NCBI GenBank assembly: GCA_963735035.1
Contig: CAVTJJ010000004.1
Span: 1,536,001 to 1,600,000 of the forward strand
Length of the DNA stretch: 64,000 nucleotides
From: an uncultured candidate division Zixibacteria bacterium
GTDB lineage: Bacteria; Zixibacteria; MSB-5A5; GN15; FEB-12
Direction: 5' to 3'
This document shows, piece after piece, positions 8,017 to 17,506 of the stretch. Numbering within the stretch: the first letter of the stretch is position 1; every line of letters starts with the position of its first letter. The notes under the pieces were generated by a model, which did not search any database, had not been told where the DNA came from, and saw only the letters and a program-made list of their open reading frames with translations. A program made the position numbers and the translations under genes.

Positions 8017-10983
8017 ATGCATCGATTTCTAAAGACATTTTGCTGGTTACTTCTGCCTCTCTTATTGGCTGACTTTTCGGGACGTGCACAAGGTCAGTCT
8101 CCAGAAGAAGTTGCTCCCGGAGCTCTCGCCGCTATCGTTATTAATATTCCCCCGCACCAAATTGTAGGACATGCCTTGGTCGGACAGGCCAGTCTGCTGC
8201 TGCTGGACGAAACCGGAACGCTTCTGACGACTTACGATCTGGCCTCGAATCCCATCACTCTTTCTTGTTCCGTAGGCCAACTGACCCCAAATCTTATAAA
8301 CGATCCGAGTCTGTTTGCCGGAGGGGTGGTCAATCTGGCCGGCCTTCAGGTCTCATATCGTGGTCCTTCCGGAGCAACGGCGATAACGGCATCATCCACC
8401 GGAGTGAGTTCTACCGCCGTGCTGGTTTCGTTCAGCGGCTATGACATTCTCGACGTGCCGGGACTAAGCGCCGATACCGTCTCCCACCTGTACAGCAATA
8501 TTGCCACCGATATCTCGGTAACGGTTGTAAACGGGGGAGACCTGGTGGCCATTCAAGATCCCACCGTCAAAGCCTTCTTCCATTCAGGCGGCGGATCGAC
8601 CTCGGTATTCTTCGATGCTCAATCAAACGGGCGTCAGACCACCGTTCGGGTTGAGCTCCCGACCTCTGGTCTGTCGCTTGGCTCAGACACTCTGTTGCTG
8701 GTTCTGGAAAGCGTTTACCAGCCTAACGGTCAGGCAGTGAATGCCGGCGATACTCTGAGGATTCCCATAGTCGTTCTCGGGGGCGAGGGACTGCACATTG
8801 CAGCCGGAACCCTTGAGCCCAATTCCGCCTATGCCGGAATACCGTTTAACGTTTCATTTCTCGTAAGCACCGGCGGCATACAACAACCGTGGGACAGTGC
8901 CTCGTTCAGATTGGCGATGGTCTCGGCCACCGATTCGGTGCTTTCGACCGTTTACTCCGGACCGGTAGTCTACACCGATATCCGGCAGGACACTTTGGTT
9001 TACGGCGGAGTGACGGTACAAGTGCCGCCGGTGTTTCCGCCGGGAGCTTATCGGACTCTGTCAGATTATGCCTTGATGGCCGGTGGGCTCAGATTCCGAT
9101 CACATTTGCCCTATCGAGATACTTTGAACGTCCTTCCGGCACCGTCATTGACTTATCAAACCGGAACCCTGGCCCCGACAACGGTCATCGCCGGGCAAGA
9201 ATGGTCTTTTCACTTCGAAGTGTTGTTGGATGGCGATGCTCCGGTGTCGGTCGCCTCGGCGGATTCCTATTTCGAATTGAAGCTGGGCGATTTTTCCGCT
9301 GCCGTAGGTTTCCAGTTGACGGGTAATACGTTGTATCCGGGTTTGAATACGATCAGTACCCGGCGCCTGTTTATTCCTCCGGACCTGGTCGGTCAGTTGC
9401 CGGAGGCCGCCGCGGTGCTCTCGTACTTTCATCCCGGTTCGGCCAATCGCTTGTCATTCTCCACAGACTTCCAGGGACGGACAATTTTCGTTGAAGCCGC
9501 ACCGGAGATTCAAATAATCAACGCCACTGTTATTGCGCCCAACGCTCCGTCAGTAAATACGGGCCAATCTTTCAGGGTACACTGTCAGGTGGCCGACATG
9601 TCGGCGACTGCGATCGGGGCGTTCGATCTAAAGCTAACTACTGACGGTCAATCGCATTTTGATTCGCTTGCCACGGTGCCCGGGATCTCTGGCCACGACA
9701 CGTCCGACGTATATTTCGATGTGATCGCGGCGTCAAATCCGAATCCGGCGGAGATCCTAAGCGTGGATATAGCCACGCCCAACATCATTAGATTGAATCC
9801 GGTCAACAATATCGCCAAAGTGACCATACAGAGTCCGGCCGAACTGTCAACTTCCTTGATTCTCCGGGGAGCTGACAGCGGCTTTGTCGAGGTGGGTGGC
9901 GGGTTCGATCTGTTGCTCACGCTTGTGAACGCGGGTGAATCGAAGGCCACTCCCGGGGTATTTCATATCAGCACCAATGGCATGGACCTCGGTTTGCCGG
10001 GGGGTGTCACGGAGCTCGATCAGTCGGTAGCGGTCGGCGACGTGCATGCGATCTCATTCACGGCGCCGTCGTATGACACGGTCATAGTCCTCGACATCGT
10101 GCTTTCCCAGAAGCCAATTGACGAAAACACCGCCCTCCCGGCCATTGTTGGCGATACGGCCTTCCATATCGAGATTGCGGTAACAACTCCCGAAATCAAT
10201 CTGCACGTAGTCACATCGGATGTGCCCTCCAACGTGTTGCTGCCCGATGCTCTGTGCGATCTGGTCGTGTTCCGTGTGTCTAACCCGTCATTGTCGTCAG
10301 TATCCGACATCAAGATGCTCTCTATGAGCTTGACCCTGTTGGACCGCGATGCGCGTCCATTAACGGTTAGCGACGTGCTCAAAGTCGATTCGACCACGCT
10401 CCAGGTCGAGGGCAGAGTAGTGGCCCGTGCCTCTTCAACCGCTAATCGCTTGATACTGACTTTCAACGATTTTGTCGTTCCATCGCGTGATACACTGGAC
10501 CTGGTTCTCAATACGACCACGGCAGGTGCGACGGCTCCCGAGTTCACTCTAAGTCTAGAGACATCCGGTATCGTAGCCGCCTATGCGTCTGGACCTCGAC
10601 AGGGTACGGCCGTGGCCGTGACAAGTGACAGCTCCACCGGACTCGTGGTTGATGAAGTATTCACGATGGTCGACAGAACTCTGGCCGGCTCGTTTGTCGT
10701 GCGCACCAATCCGTTCGATCCGCTCACCGAACCCGCCGAATTTCGGTATTTTCTGGCCAAGGCTGAGGACGTGACGTTTGTCGTGCTCACTTTGACCGGA
10801 GAGACGGTCTACAGTCGCACTTTGTCGGCCGGCGAAACGGGCGCAGAGGCCGGCGAAAATGTGCTGTTCTGGGATGGACGCAACGACGACGAGGATGTGG
10901 TAGTCAATGGAGTATACCTCGCCATAATAAGCCTCGCCGATGATCGGGATCGCGCTACTATCAAACTGGCGGTGATCAAATGA
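8017..10983 (+). CDS. Large secreted beta-rich (Ig-like) protein with a C-terminal FlgD-Ig/T9SS-like sorting domain
   Basis: Signal peptide; C-terminus NPFDP...FRYFL...GETV...WDGRND...NGVY...KLAVIK. Confidence 0.75.
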   Translation: MHRFLKTFCWLLLPLLLADFSGRAQGQSPEEVAPGALAAIVINIPPHQIVGHALVGQASLLLLDETGTLLTTYDLASNPITLSCSVGQLTPNLINDPSLFAGGVVNLAGLQVSYRGPSGATAITASSTGVSSTAVLVSFSGYDILDVPGLSADTVSHLYSNIATDISVTVVNGGDLVAIQDPTVKAFFHSGGGSTSVFFDAQSNGRQTTVRVELPTSGLSLGSDTLLLVLESVYQPNGQAVNAGDTLRIPIVVLGGEGLHIAAGTLEPNSAYAGIPFNVSFLVSTGGIQQPWDSASFRLAMVSATDSVLSTVYSGPVVYTDIRQDTLVYGGVTVQVPPVFPPGAYRTLSDYALMAGGLRFRSHLPYRDTLNVLPAPSLTYQTGTLAPTTVIAGQEWSFHFEVLLDGDAPVSVASADSYFELKLGDFSAAVGFQLTGNTLYPGLNTISTRRLFIPPDLVGQLPEAAAVLSYFHPGSANRLSFSTDFQGRTIFVEAAPEIQIINATVIAPNAPSVNTGQSFRVHCQVADMSATAIGAFDLKLTTDGQSHFDSLATVPGISGHDTSDVYFDVIAASNPNPAEILSVDIATPNIIRLNPVNNIAKVTIQSPAELSTSLILRGADSGFVEVGGGFDLLLTLVNAGESKATPGVFHISTNGMDLGLPGGVTELDQSVAVGDVHAISFTAPSYDTVIVLDIVLSQKPIDENTALPAIVGDTAFHIEIAVTTPEINLHVVTSDVPSNVLLPDALCDLVVFRVSNPSLSSVSDIKMLSMSLTLLDRDARPLTVSDVLKVDSTTLQVEGRVVARASSTANRLILTFNDFVVPSRDTLDLVLNTTTAGATAPEFTLSLETSGIVAAYASGPRQGTAVAVTSDSSTGLVVDEVFTMVDRTLAGSFVVRTNPFDPLTEPAEFRYFLAKAEDVTFVVLTLTGETVYSRTLSAGETGAEAGENVLFWDGRNDDEDVVVNGVYLAIISLADDRDRATIKLAVIK

Positions 10984-12809
10984 GACGAAGCATTCTCATC
11001 ATCGCTGTTGCGGTAGGGGCGGTTCTCATGACCTCACTTCCGGCTCGAGCCGGTGACGCCGGACAAGAGACTCCTTTCGTTTCTCTCGGAGCCGGGGCAC
11101 GATCGCTCGGTATGGGAGGAGCCTATTCGTGTCTGGTCGACGATGCCACGTCGATTCACTACAACCCCGCCGGACTGACTTCGCTGGACTATCAGGAATT
11201 CGCCTTCATGCACTCGGCGTTGATGGAAGGCAGTATCTACGATTTCGCCGCGTGGGCTTACCCCATAAATGAGAATCACGGCATCGGCGCGGGACTGATG
11301 AGAATCGGCACCGACAATATTATCCGGCGCGTCGATTTTGCCGACCGAGGGCGTTTCAGCTATTCCTACACGCAGGTGCTGCTGTCTTATGGACGCAAGA
11401 TCATCAAACCGGTATCAGCCGGCATGACGCTGCAGATATTTCAACAGTCACTTGACAGCCGTTCTGATTTCGGCATGGGCCTGGATGTCGGACTTCGGAT
11501 CCGATTGTGGAAGAGTCTCAATGCCAGTCTGGTAGCACACGATCTGCTTCAACATGATCTAGTACTGCTGGAGCGTCCCGAGAAGACCAACATGGTAGTT
11601 GTAGCCGGGCTCGGATTACAGAAGCTCACTCTGAGCAAAGACCTTCGCCTGGCACTCGATTTTGATGCCGAGAAGCAGGCCGATCGCGAATACAAAGCCC
11701 GCGCCGGGGGAGAAGTCACCATATATGACGTCTTGTCACTTCGTGGCGGATACGACCGTGATAACCTGAGCCTGGGGGTTGGATTCAAGTCCAAACGCAT
11801 TAGAATCGATTACGCTTACAAGTTCGTGGACTATACCGACGGCATGCATCACATCTCGCTGTCCTTCTTGTTGGGGATGTCGACGTCCGAGAGAATCCGT
11901 CAGCGTGAATTGGCCAAACTGCCGCCGGAACCGACGGCGGAAGAAAAGCAATTCGCCGCTCTGATGGAAAATGCCAATCGATTCTTCCGTCGCTTCCAAC
12001 TCGACTCCGCCAGCTACTATTTCTCACAGGCGTTGAAGATGCAGCCGGGTAATGAGGAAATCATCGGGACGCTGGCCGCGATCGAAGAGTCGCGGCGAGT
12101 GCAGGCGGCCCAGGAAGAAGCTCTGCGGGCGGCCCGCGAAGATGTACAGCAGACACTCCACAGTTTTGTCGCGCAGGCGGAGCAGATGCTCGACCGTAAG
12201 ATGTACCGGGCGGCGCTCGACCTCCTCAGTCTGATATTCGACATCGACCCGGGGAACGCTGAAGCGAATGCTCTCCGTGACCGAATCAATCAGGCACGGG
12301 GCGAAGAATTGGCCGTCAATCTGGCGAACGCCCAGAGCGCTGCGGCGGCTTCCAAATGGTCCGAGGCGGTGGAGGCATATAACCGGATTCTGGAAATCGA
12401 TCCCGAAAACGCCGATGCTTTGCAGGCTAAACGTCAGATTCTGACGGCTATGGATCTGCCGGAGAAAATCCGCATGGGCATCACGCTCTTCGAGAAGGGC
12501 GAACTAATCGAGGCGCGTTCCCGGTTCGAAGGCATCCTGTCGGTCAATCCGAATGATCCCACCGCACTGGACTATCTGAAACGAATCCGCGACAAAATGG
12601 CTACGCGGCCGCCGGCCACTCTCGAGGACTTGCAGAAGGATCGTGTCTACTGGGAGCTCTACCTCGAAGGACTTCGCCACATGCGTAACAAAGAGTATCA
12701 GCGGGCGATCGAAGTTTGGGAGAAGGTGCTCGAGGCTTACCCGAACAACGCCAACACGCTTAACAATATCGAACAGGCCCGGCTCCGTCTCGGCACCCAG
12801 GCCCAATAG
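10980..12809 (+). CDS. PorV/PorQ-family outer-membrane barrel fused to C-terminal TPR repeats
   Basis: Signal peptide; GARSLGMGGAY...DDATSIHYNPAGL motif; amphipathic strands ending HHISLSF, then TPR-like helices; ATGA overlap with the upstream gene. Confidence 0.8.
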   Translation: MRRSILIIAVAVGAVLMTSLPARAGDAGQETPFVSLGAGARSLGMGGAYSCLVDDATSIHYNPAGLTSLDYQEFAFMHSALMEGSIYDFAAWAYPINENHGIGAGLMRIGTDNIIRRVDFADRGRFSYSYTQVLLSYGRKIIKPVSAGMTLQIFQQSLDSRSDFGMGLDVGLRIRLWKSLNASLVAHDLLQHDLVLLERPEKTNMVVVAGLGLQKLTLSKDLRLALDFDAEKQADREYKARAGGEVTIYDVLSLRGGYDRDNLSLGVGFKSKRIRIDYAYKFVDYTDGMHHISLSFLLGMSTSERIRQRELAKLPPEPTAEEKQFAALMENANRFFRRFQLDSASYYFSQALKMQPGNEEIIGTLAAIEESRRVQAAQEEALRAAREDVQQTLHSFVAQAEQMLDRKMYRAALDLLSLIFDIDPGNAEANALRDRINQARGEELAVNLANAQSAAAASKWSEAVEAYNRILEIDPENADALQAKRQILTAMDLPEKIRMGITLFEKGELIEARSRFEGILSVNPNDPTALDYLKRIRDKMATRPPATLEDLQKDRVYWELYLEGLRHMRNKEYQRAIEVWEKVLEAYPNNANTLNNIEQARLRLGTQAQ

Positions 12810-12868
12810 TGCCGGATTTTCCCCTTTTTACTGGCTTTTTGGTCCCACTTCAGGGATTTTGATGATCG

Positions 12869-14917
12869 ATGTTCTACAGACCGACGAAGGAAATCAACGC
12901 CGAATTCCCGGCTGAGGAAAAGTATCTAGATAGCATCCAGCGGGTCGTCAGGGAATCGTGTGCCTCCGCCGGTATGCAGCGCAAAGATACGTCCGCCGTC
13001 CTCCTCGCGATCGAAGAGGCCGCTACCAATATTATTCGTCACGCCTATCTCTACGAAAAGGGTACGATCCGGCTCCGCGTGACTATCTTCAGTCGCCAGG
13101 TTACTTTTTCGCTGATCGACTATGGCCGGTCGTTCCGTCCCGAAGGACAGGGGAAGCTTGATCTCGACCGCCTGATCGAGTCCGGACGACGGGGCGGGCT
13201 CGGTTTCTACATGATTCAAAAGATCATGGATTCGGTCGAATACGTATCCTGGGCGGGCCAGAACGAATTACGCATGACGCGTCGGCTGAAACGCGACGAT
13301 TCCAGCACTACCCCGCCGCTTTTCAGACGAATCCTGACTCTGCGCGTGAAGTTCTCGCTCTGGACTTTTCTCATTCTGTCGCTGATCATTGCCGGAGCTT
13401 TTTCCTTTGTCCAGCGTCGCACCACCGACGAGATCTACCGCCACATCGACGGCATAGCCGGGGCGCTCGGGAAGACCATTGCGGAGCAAGCAGCCCTGTA
13501 CGTCATCAATCGCAGAAGTGACGTCGAGTTCGACGAGTTGGTGGTGAGCTATGTCAGCTCCAACGACTTCATCAAGCGCCTGGTATTGACCGATACGACC
13601 GGCATCATCTTGGCCCACTCCGATGATATCCATAACATCAGGAAGCGATACGATCCGCCGCCGTGGTTCCGTCCTCAGGAAGCGGGCCAGCCCCAGCGCA
13701 CCCTGGCTATCGTTGGCGAGATTAACCTGCTGTCGTTGCCTATCAAGTCAGGGAATCAGTCGCTCGGGACGGTCTACCTGACCTATTCTTCTGAGCCGAT
13801 AGACGAGCGCCTCGCTGAATCGCGACGCTCCATCATCCTCGTTACCGCCGGACTCATGCTGGTGGGAATCATAGGCGTTTACCTGCTCTCCAATTACTTT
13901 GTACAGCCGATTGTCAACATCACTCGTCGTATCAGGCGTTTTACCCAGGGGGACCTCGAAACCGAGTTGCCCCTCGAAGGAGCCGCCGAATTCTTCGAAA
14001 TCTCGAGCGCTCTGAACGATATGATGACCCGTCTGAAGCACGATCGGGAAAGCGTGGTCGAACGGGAGCGCCTGGCCAAGGAAATCGAAGTCGCCTCACA
14101 GATTCAGAAAACGCTGCTGCCCCGGCAATTGCCCGAACTGCCCGATCTGGAAATCGATGCCTTCTATCGCGCGGCGTCGATGATCGGCGGCGATTTGTAC
14201 GATGTCTTCCGGATTGCGCCCGATCGGTGCTGCTTCATTGTGGCTGACGTATCGGGGAAGGGAGTGCCGGCATCACTGGTGATGTCAATGCTCCGGACCG
14301 TCATCAAGGTCCACGCGGCGGAATCGAGAACCGCCAAGGAAATTCTCGTTCTGGTGAACGAATACATAACGGACAACATCCCCAAGGGTATGTTCATCAC
14401 GGTGCTCATGGCCATCTATCATTCCGGTTCCCGGACCATGGAGTTGGTGTCGGCCGGCCACAATCCGCTTCTGCTTTATCGTGGGGCTTCGCGTCGCACT
14501 TCGAGATTCAACCCGTCCGGCATGCCTTTGGGCGTTCCGACGATGACGGGAAGCGACTTCGGGTCGTCCGTGGTTGAGATGAAACTGCAACTCGAAGATG
14601 GCGACGCGTTCATTCTGTACACCGACGGAATCACTGAAGCGGTCAACCGCGACGGGGAGCAGTATGGCCTGGATCGGCTCGAAAACTACCTCAATGGGCG
14701 GTGGAGCGGCGAGCCGGGGGAGAGTGTGAAAACCTTGTCGGAGGAGCTCATTCGAGAGCTTGACGCCTTCTCCGGGTTTACGCAGCAACGCGACGACATC
14801 ACCTTTATAATGGGGCGAACCCGATACTCAGCCGCACCCGAATCAACCTCCAAAGCGGTATCCGACGCGTCTATCAAACAGCAGTCTATCGGCGGTTCAA
14901 GCCCGGCTGAATCCTGA
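12869..14917 (+). CDS. Membrane-bound RsbW-like Ser kinase - 2TM sensor - HAMP - SpoIIE/PP2C phosphatase fusion
   Basis: HATPase boxes EEAATNIIRHAY, DYG, GGLGFYMI; two TMs flanking about 140 aa; HAMP; PP2C motifs GGDLYD, ADVSGKG, YTDGITE, DDIT. Confidence 0.88.
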   Translation: MFYRPTKEINAEFPAEEKYLDSIQRVVRESCASAGMQRKDTSAVLLAIEEAATNIIRHAYLYEKGTIRLRVTIFSRQVTFSLIDYGRSFRPEGQGKLDLDRLIESGRRGGLGFYMIQKIMDSVEYVSWAGQNELRMTRRLKRDDSSTTPPLFRRILTLRVKFSLWTFLILSLIIAGAFSFVQRRTTDEIYRHIDGIAGALGKTIAEQAALYVINRRSDVEFDELVVSYVSSNDFIKRLVLTDTTGIILAHSDDIHNIRKRYDPPPWFRPQEAGQPQRTLAIVGEINLLSLPIKSGNQSLGTVYLTYSSEPIDERLAESRRSIILVTAGLMLVGIIGVYLLSNYFVQPIVNITRRIRRFTQGDLETELPLEGAAEFFEISSALNDMMTRLKHDRESVVERERLAKEIEVASQIQKTLLPRQLPELPDLEIDAFYRAASMIGGDLYDVFRIAPDRCCFIVADVSGKGVPASLVMSMLRTVIKVHAAESRTAKEILVLVNEYITDNIPKGMFITVLMAIYHSGSRTMELVSAGHNPLLLYRGASRRTSRFNPSGMPLGVPTMTGSDFGSSVVEMKLQLEDGDAFILYTDGITEAVNRDGEQYGLDRLENYLNGRWSGEPGESVKTLSEELIRELDAFSGFTQQRDDITFIMGRTRYSAAPESTSKAVSDASIKQQSIGGSSPAES

Positions 14918-14995
14918 TTCCCCCAAGTTTTTTGTTGATGCCGCGATCTCAGTGCGGCGTAATTACATTTGTGATAAGATCGAATTGGCAAGTCT

Positions 14996-15667
14996 ATGGA
15001 TAATATAAAGATTTCGCTCTCTGAGGGTGGGCATGACCGTGAAGTCTCCGAGATCAGAGTTGATGGGGTAATCGACACTCTGACCGCGTCGGAATTGGAG
15101 CAGGTTTTCGATTCATTGTTGCGCCGTGGCCGCTATCGCATAGTCGTCGACTTGGCCGGTGTGGACTATATTTCTTCGGCCGGGTGGGGTATTTTCATCT
15201 CACACATTAAGGATGTGCGCGACAACGCTGGAGATGTTAAGCTGGCTAACATGGTGCCGGACGTTCGAGAGATTTTCGAATTGCTGGAGTTTGATAAGGT
15301 GCTTCAGGCTCTCAATTCGGTCGAGGACGCCGTCGCCAAGTTTGGCGGGACTTCGGGCGAGCCCCCAAAAAAAAAAGGGTCCGCGACAAGGGTTGAAGTA
15401 GTCGATGGGCTGGCGGGCGCATCCGGCTCGCGTGGTCGCACGGGTGAAGCCTTTACGACCGGCTCCACCTCCGAGCCCGACTTGGAGATGTTTGCCCTTC
15501 GCATGCTGAAAAGCGACCCGTTCGTTACCATTGCCGAAATTCAAAGAGACTATTCGCAGCAGGTGGAGGGGGGGAGTGTGGGCTGGTGGCGGGTCTTCTT
15601 TGTCCTCCGTCGACATGGATTGGTCCTCAAACGGTCGCGCTTTCGGTATGCCTGGGGTCGCGCCTGA
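14996..15667 (+). CDS. STAS (anti-anti-sigma) protein with a C-terminal HTH-like extension
   Basis: VDLAGVDYISSAGWG phospho-Ser motif in the first ~120 aa; G/S-rich linker; basic helical C-domain. Confidence 0.85.
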   Translation: MDNIKISLSEGGHDREVSEIRVDGVIDTLTASELEQVFDSLLRRGRYRIVVDLAGVDYISSAGWGIFISHIKDVRDNAGDVKLANMVPDVREIFELLEFDKVLQALNSVEDAVAKFGGTSGEPPKKKGSATRVEVVDGLAGASGSRGRTGEAFTTGSTSEPDLEMFALRMLKSDPFVTIAEIQRDYSQQVEGGSVGWWRVFFVLRRHGLVLKRSRFRYAWGRA

Positions 15668-15677
15668 ACGGTAGCCC

Positions 15678-15705
15678 TTGACGCCGGTGGCTATTTAGTT
15701 ATAAT
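15678..15705 (+). promoter_or_regulatory. Sigma70-type promoter for the diguanylate cyclase gene
   Basis: TTGACG-N16-TATAAT. Confidence 0.6.
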
Positions 15706-15739
15706 ACAATAGAATACGGCGCTTGGAGTCGGTTCGGTC

Positions 15740-17362
15740 ATGATGCAGACCGTGCTTCTTATCACACTCGCAGGACTTGTAGTCCTACTAACCACCCTTC
15801 TATTAGTACGGATAAGCCGCGAGCGGCGGATTTTCAAACCGCTTGGTCAATCGGAACTGGATCGATTTACTCAACTAATTCAGACGTCCATAGTCGAGGG
15901 AGATATTCAGACAGCCGCCACGCACGTCACCAATATGCTTCGCGAAAAATGCGGCGTTGAAAAAATCATCTTCCTGCGACGACGTGGCAGCTTGTTCGAG
16001 CTCAGCTACTATTCCGGCCTGGGGGATTTCAATCGACGAGTGCTGCAGGCCCGATATACGCAAGGGCTGATCGAAGTTCTCCGGTCGCATCTGGTCCCGG
16101 ATTCCATTGAACATCTACACGACCATTTGCCCAGGAAACTGGTAGAATGCCTTAATTCTTGGGGTTGTAACCTCTTCTTCCCGATATTTTGGCGCGACCA
16201 TCTCTACGGTATTTATTTCATCTCCGGGAACGAGCAGACTCGCACGCCGGCATTCCGTCTGGTTATTTCTTCAATGGCCCAGACGCTTTCGGCGGCCTAT
16301 CATGTCAAGTGGCATGAGCACAGACTGGGGCGTCTGCAGGAGCAGCTCACGTCTCTGGAAGCGTCACACAAGACACCGGCTGCCGAGACTCCAGCAGCGT
16401 CGACCAGGCTCATAAAGCTGGTGCGTCATCGCGATTCGGAAACGCTGGTAGGGCAGATCGTTGATGAAGTCCGCAAAGATTTGAAATTGGAGCGGTGCGC
16501 GTTTCTCTATTCGAAGAAAGATGATGAATCGCCCGTGCGGCTTCATTCCGACGGATCCCGCCTTCCGATTATTCCCCCATCGAGAGAATCTTTCGACCGC
16601 CTGCTGTCCCAGCTTGATCCGGCCGCCCCGTGTGAGATTGAGTGTTTGGGGCAGGTCGATGCCGCTCTTGCACCGCTCCAGAAAGGGCTGAGCGACGCGG
16701 GATTGAGTCATCTGGTGTCCTTCCAGTTGACTCCCAAACGGTCGGGAATTCTGGTCTGGTCCGATCGGCGGCCGACCGTTCAACTGGCGGCCGAAATTGG
16801 ACGCCATCGATTGACGGCGTCCGAACTGATGGCCAACGCCGAATCGTTCGAGGAGGTCGAGAGCCTCTCCTATACCGACAGTCTTACCGGTCTGGCCAAT
16901 TTGCGGTATCTCATGCGCCGTCTGGAGGAAGAAATTGATCGAGCCCGGCGTTACAGCCGCTCGCTGGCTCTGATAATGTTCGATCTCGACGACCTTAAGG
17001 GGATCAATGACCACTATGGCCATCAGGCCGGCGACCAGGTGCTGAGGCAACTGGGCGATTTGCTCCGAAAATCTCTGCGGTCCATCGATGTGGTGGCTCG
17101 GTATGGCGGCGATGAATTCTGTGTCATCATGCCGGAGTCAGATAGGGCAACCTGCGAGCAGTTTGTCAACCGGCTGCAGCAAAAGATCGCCGAAACGCGG
17201 TTTCATCTGGAGCAATCGGGAGGCGATGTCAAGTGTACCGCTTCGCTCGGTGGGGCTATTTTTCCGCAGAGCGCCGACGACCCGGAAAAGCTGATTTATG
17301 CCGCCGATATGGCCTTGCTCAAGGCCAAAGAGCTGGGTCGAAATCGGGCCATGGTGTCGTAG
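15740..17362 (+). CDS. Membrane-anchored diguanylate cyclase (GAF-like + GGDEF)
   Basis: N-terminal TM; DSLTGLAN, DLDDLKGINDHYGH, I-site RSID, intact GGDEF. Confidence 0.92.
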   Translation: MMQTVLLITLAGLVVLLTTLLLVRISRERRIFKPLGQSELDRFTQLIQTSIVEGDIQTAATHVTNMLREKCGVEKIIFLRRRGSLFELSYYSGLGDFNRRVLQARYTQGLIEVLRSHLVPDSIEHLHDHLPRKLVECLNSWGCNLFFPIFWRDHLYGIYFISGNEQTRTPAFRLVISSMAQTLSAAYHVKWHEHRLGRLQEQLTSLEASHKTPAAETPAASTRLIKLVRHRDSETLVGQIVDEVRKDLKLERCAFLYSKKDDESPVRLHSDGSRLPIIPPSRESFDRLLSQLDPAAPCEIECLGQVDAALAPLQKGLSDAGLSHLVSFQLTPKRSGILVWSDRRPTVQLAAEIGRHRLTASELMANAESFEEVESLSYTDSLTGLANLRYLMRRLEEEIDRARRYSRSLALIMFDLDDLKGINDHYGHQAGDQVLRQLGDLLRKSLRSIDVVARYGGDEFCVIMPESDRATCEQFVNRLQQKIAETRFHLEQSGGDVKCTASLGGAIFPQSADDPEKLIYAADMALLKAKELGRNRAMVS

Positions 17363-17506
17363 CCGGCATAGCCCCGGGTACCAGCCCGCTTTGGGCGTAT
17401 CTGTTTGAGCTTTACAGAGTTTCGGTCGGTTCGTATACTCCCTGTTTAAGTGTAGTCACAAGGCTGCCGACTTCTGTATTATACGGCGGCATAGAGGCCT
17501 GCAAGG

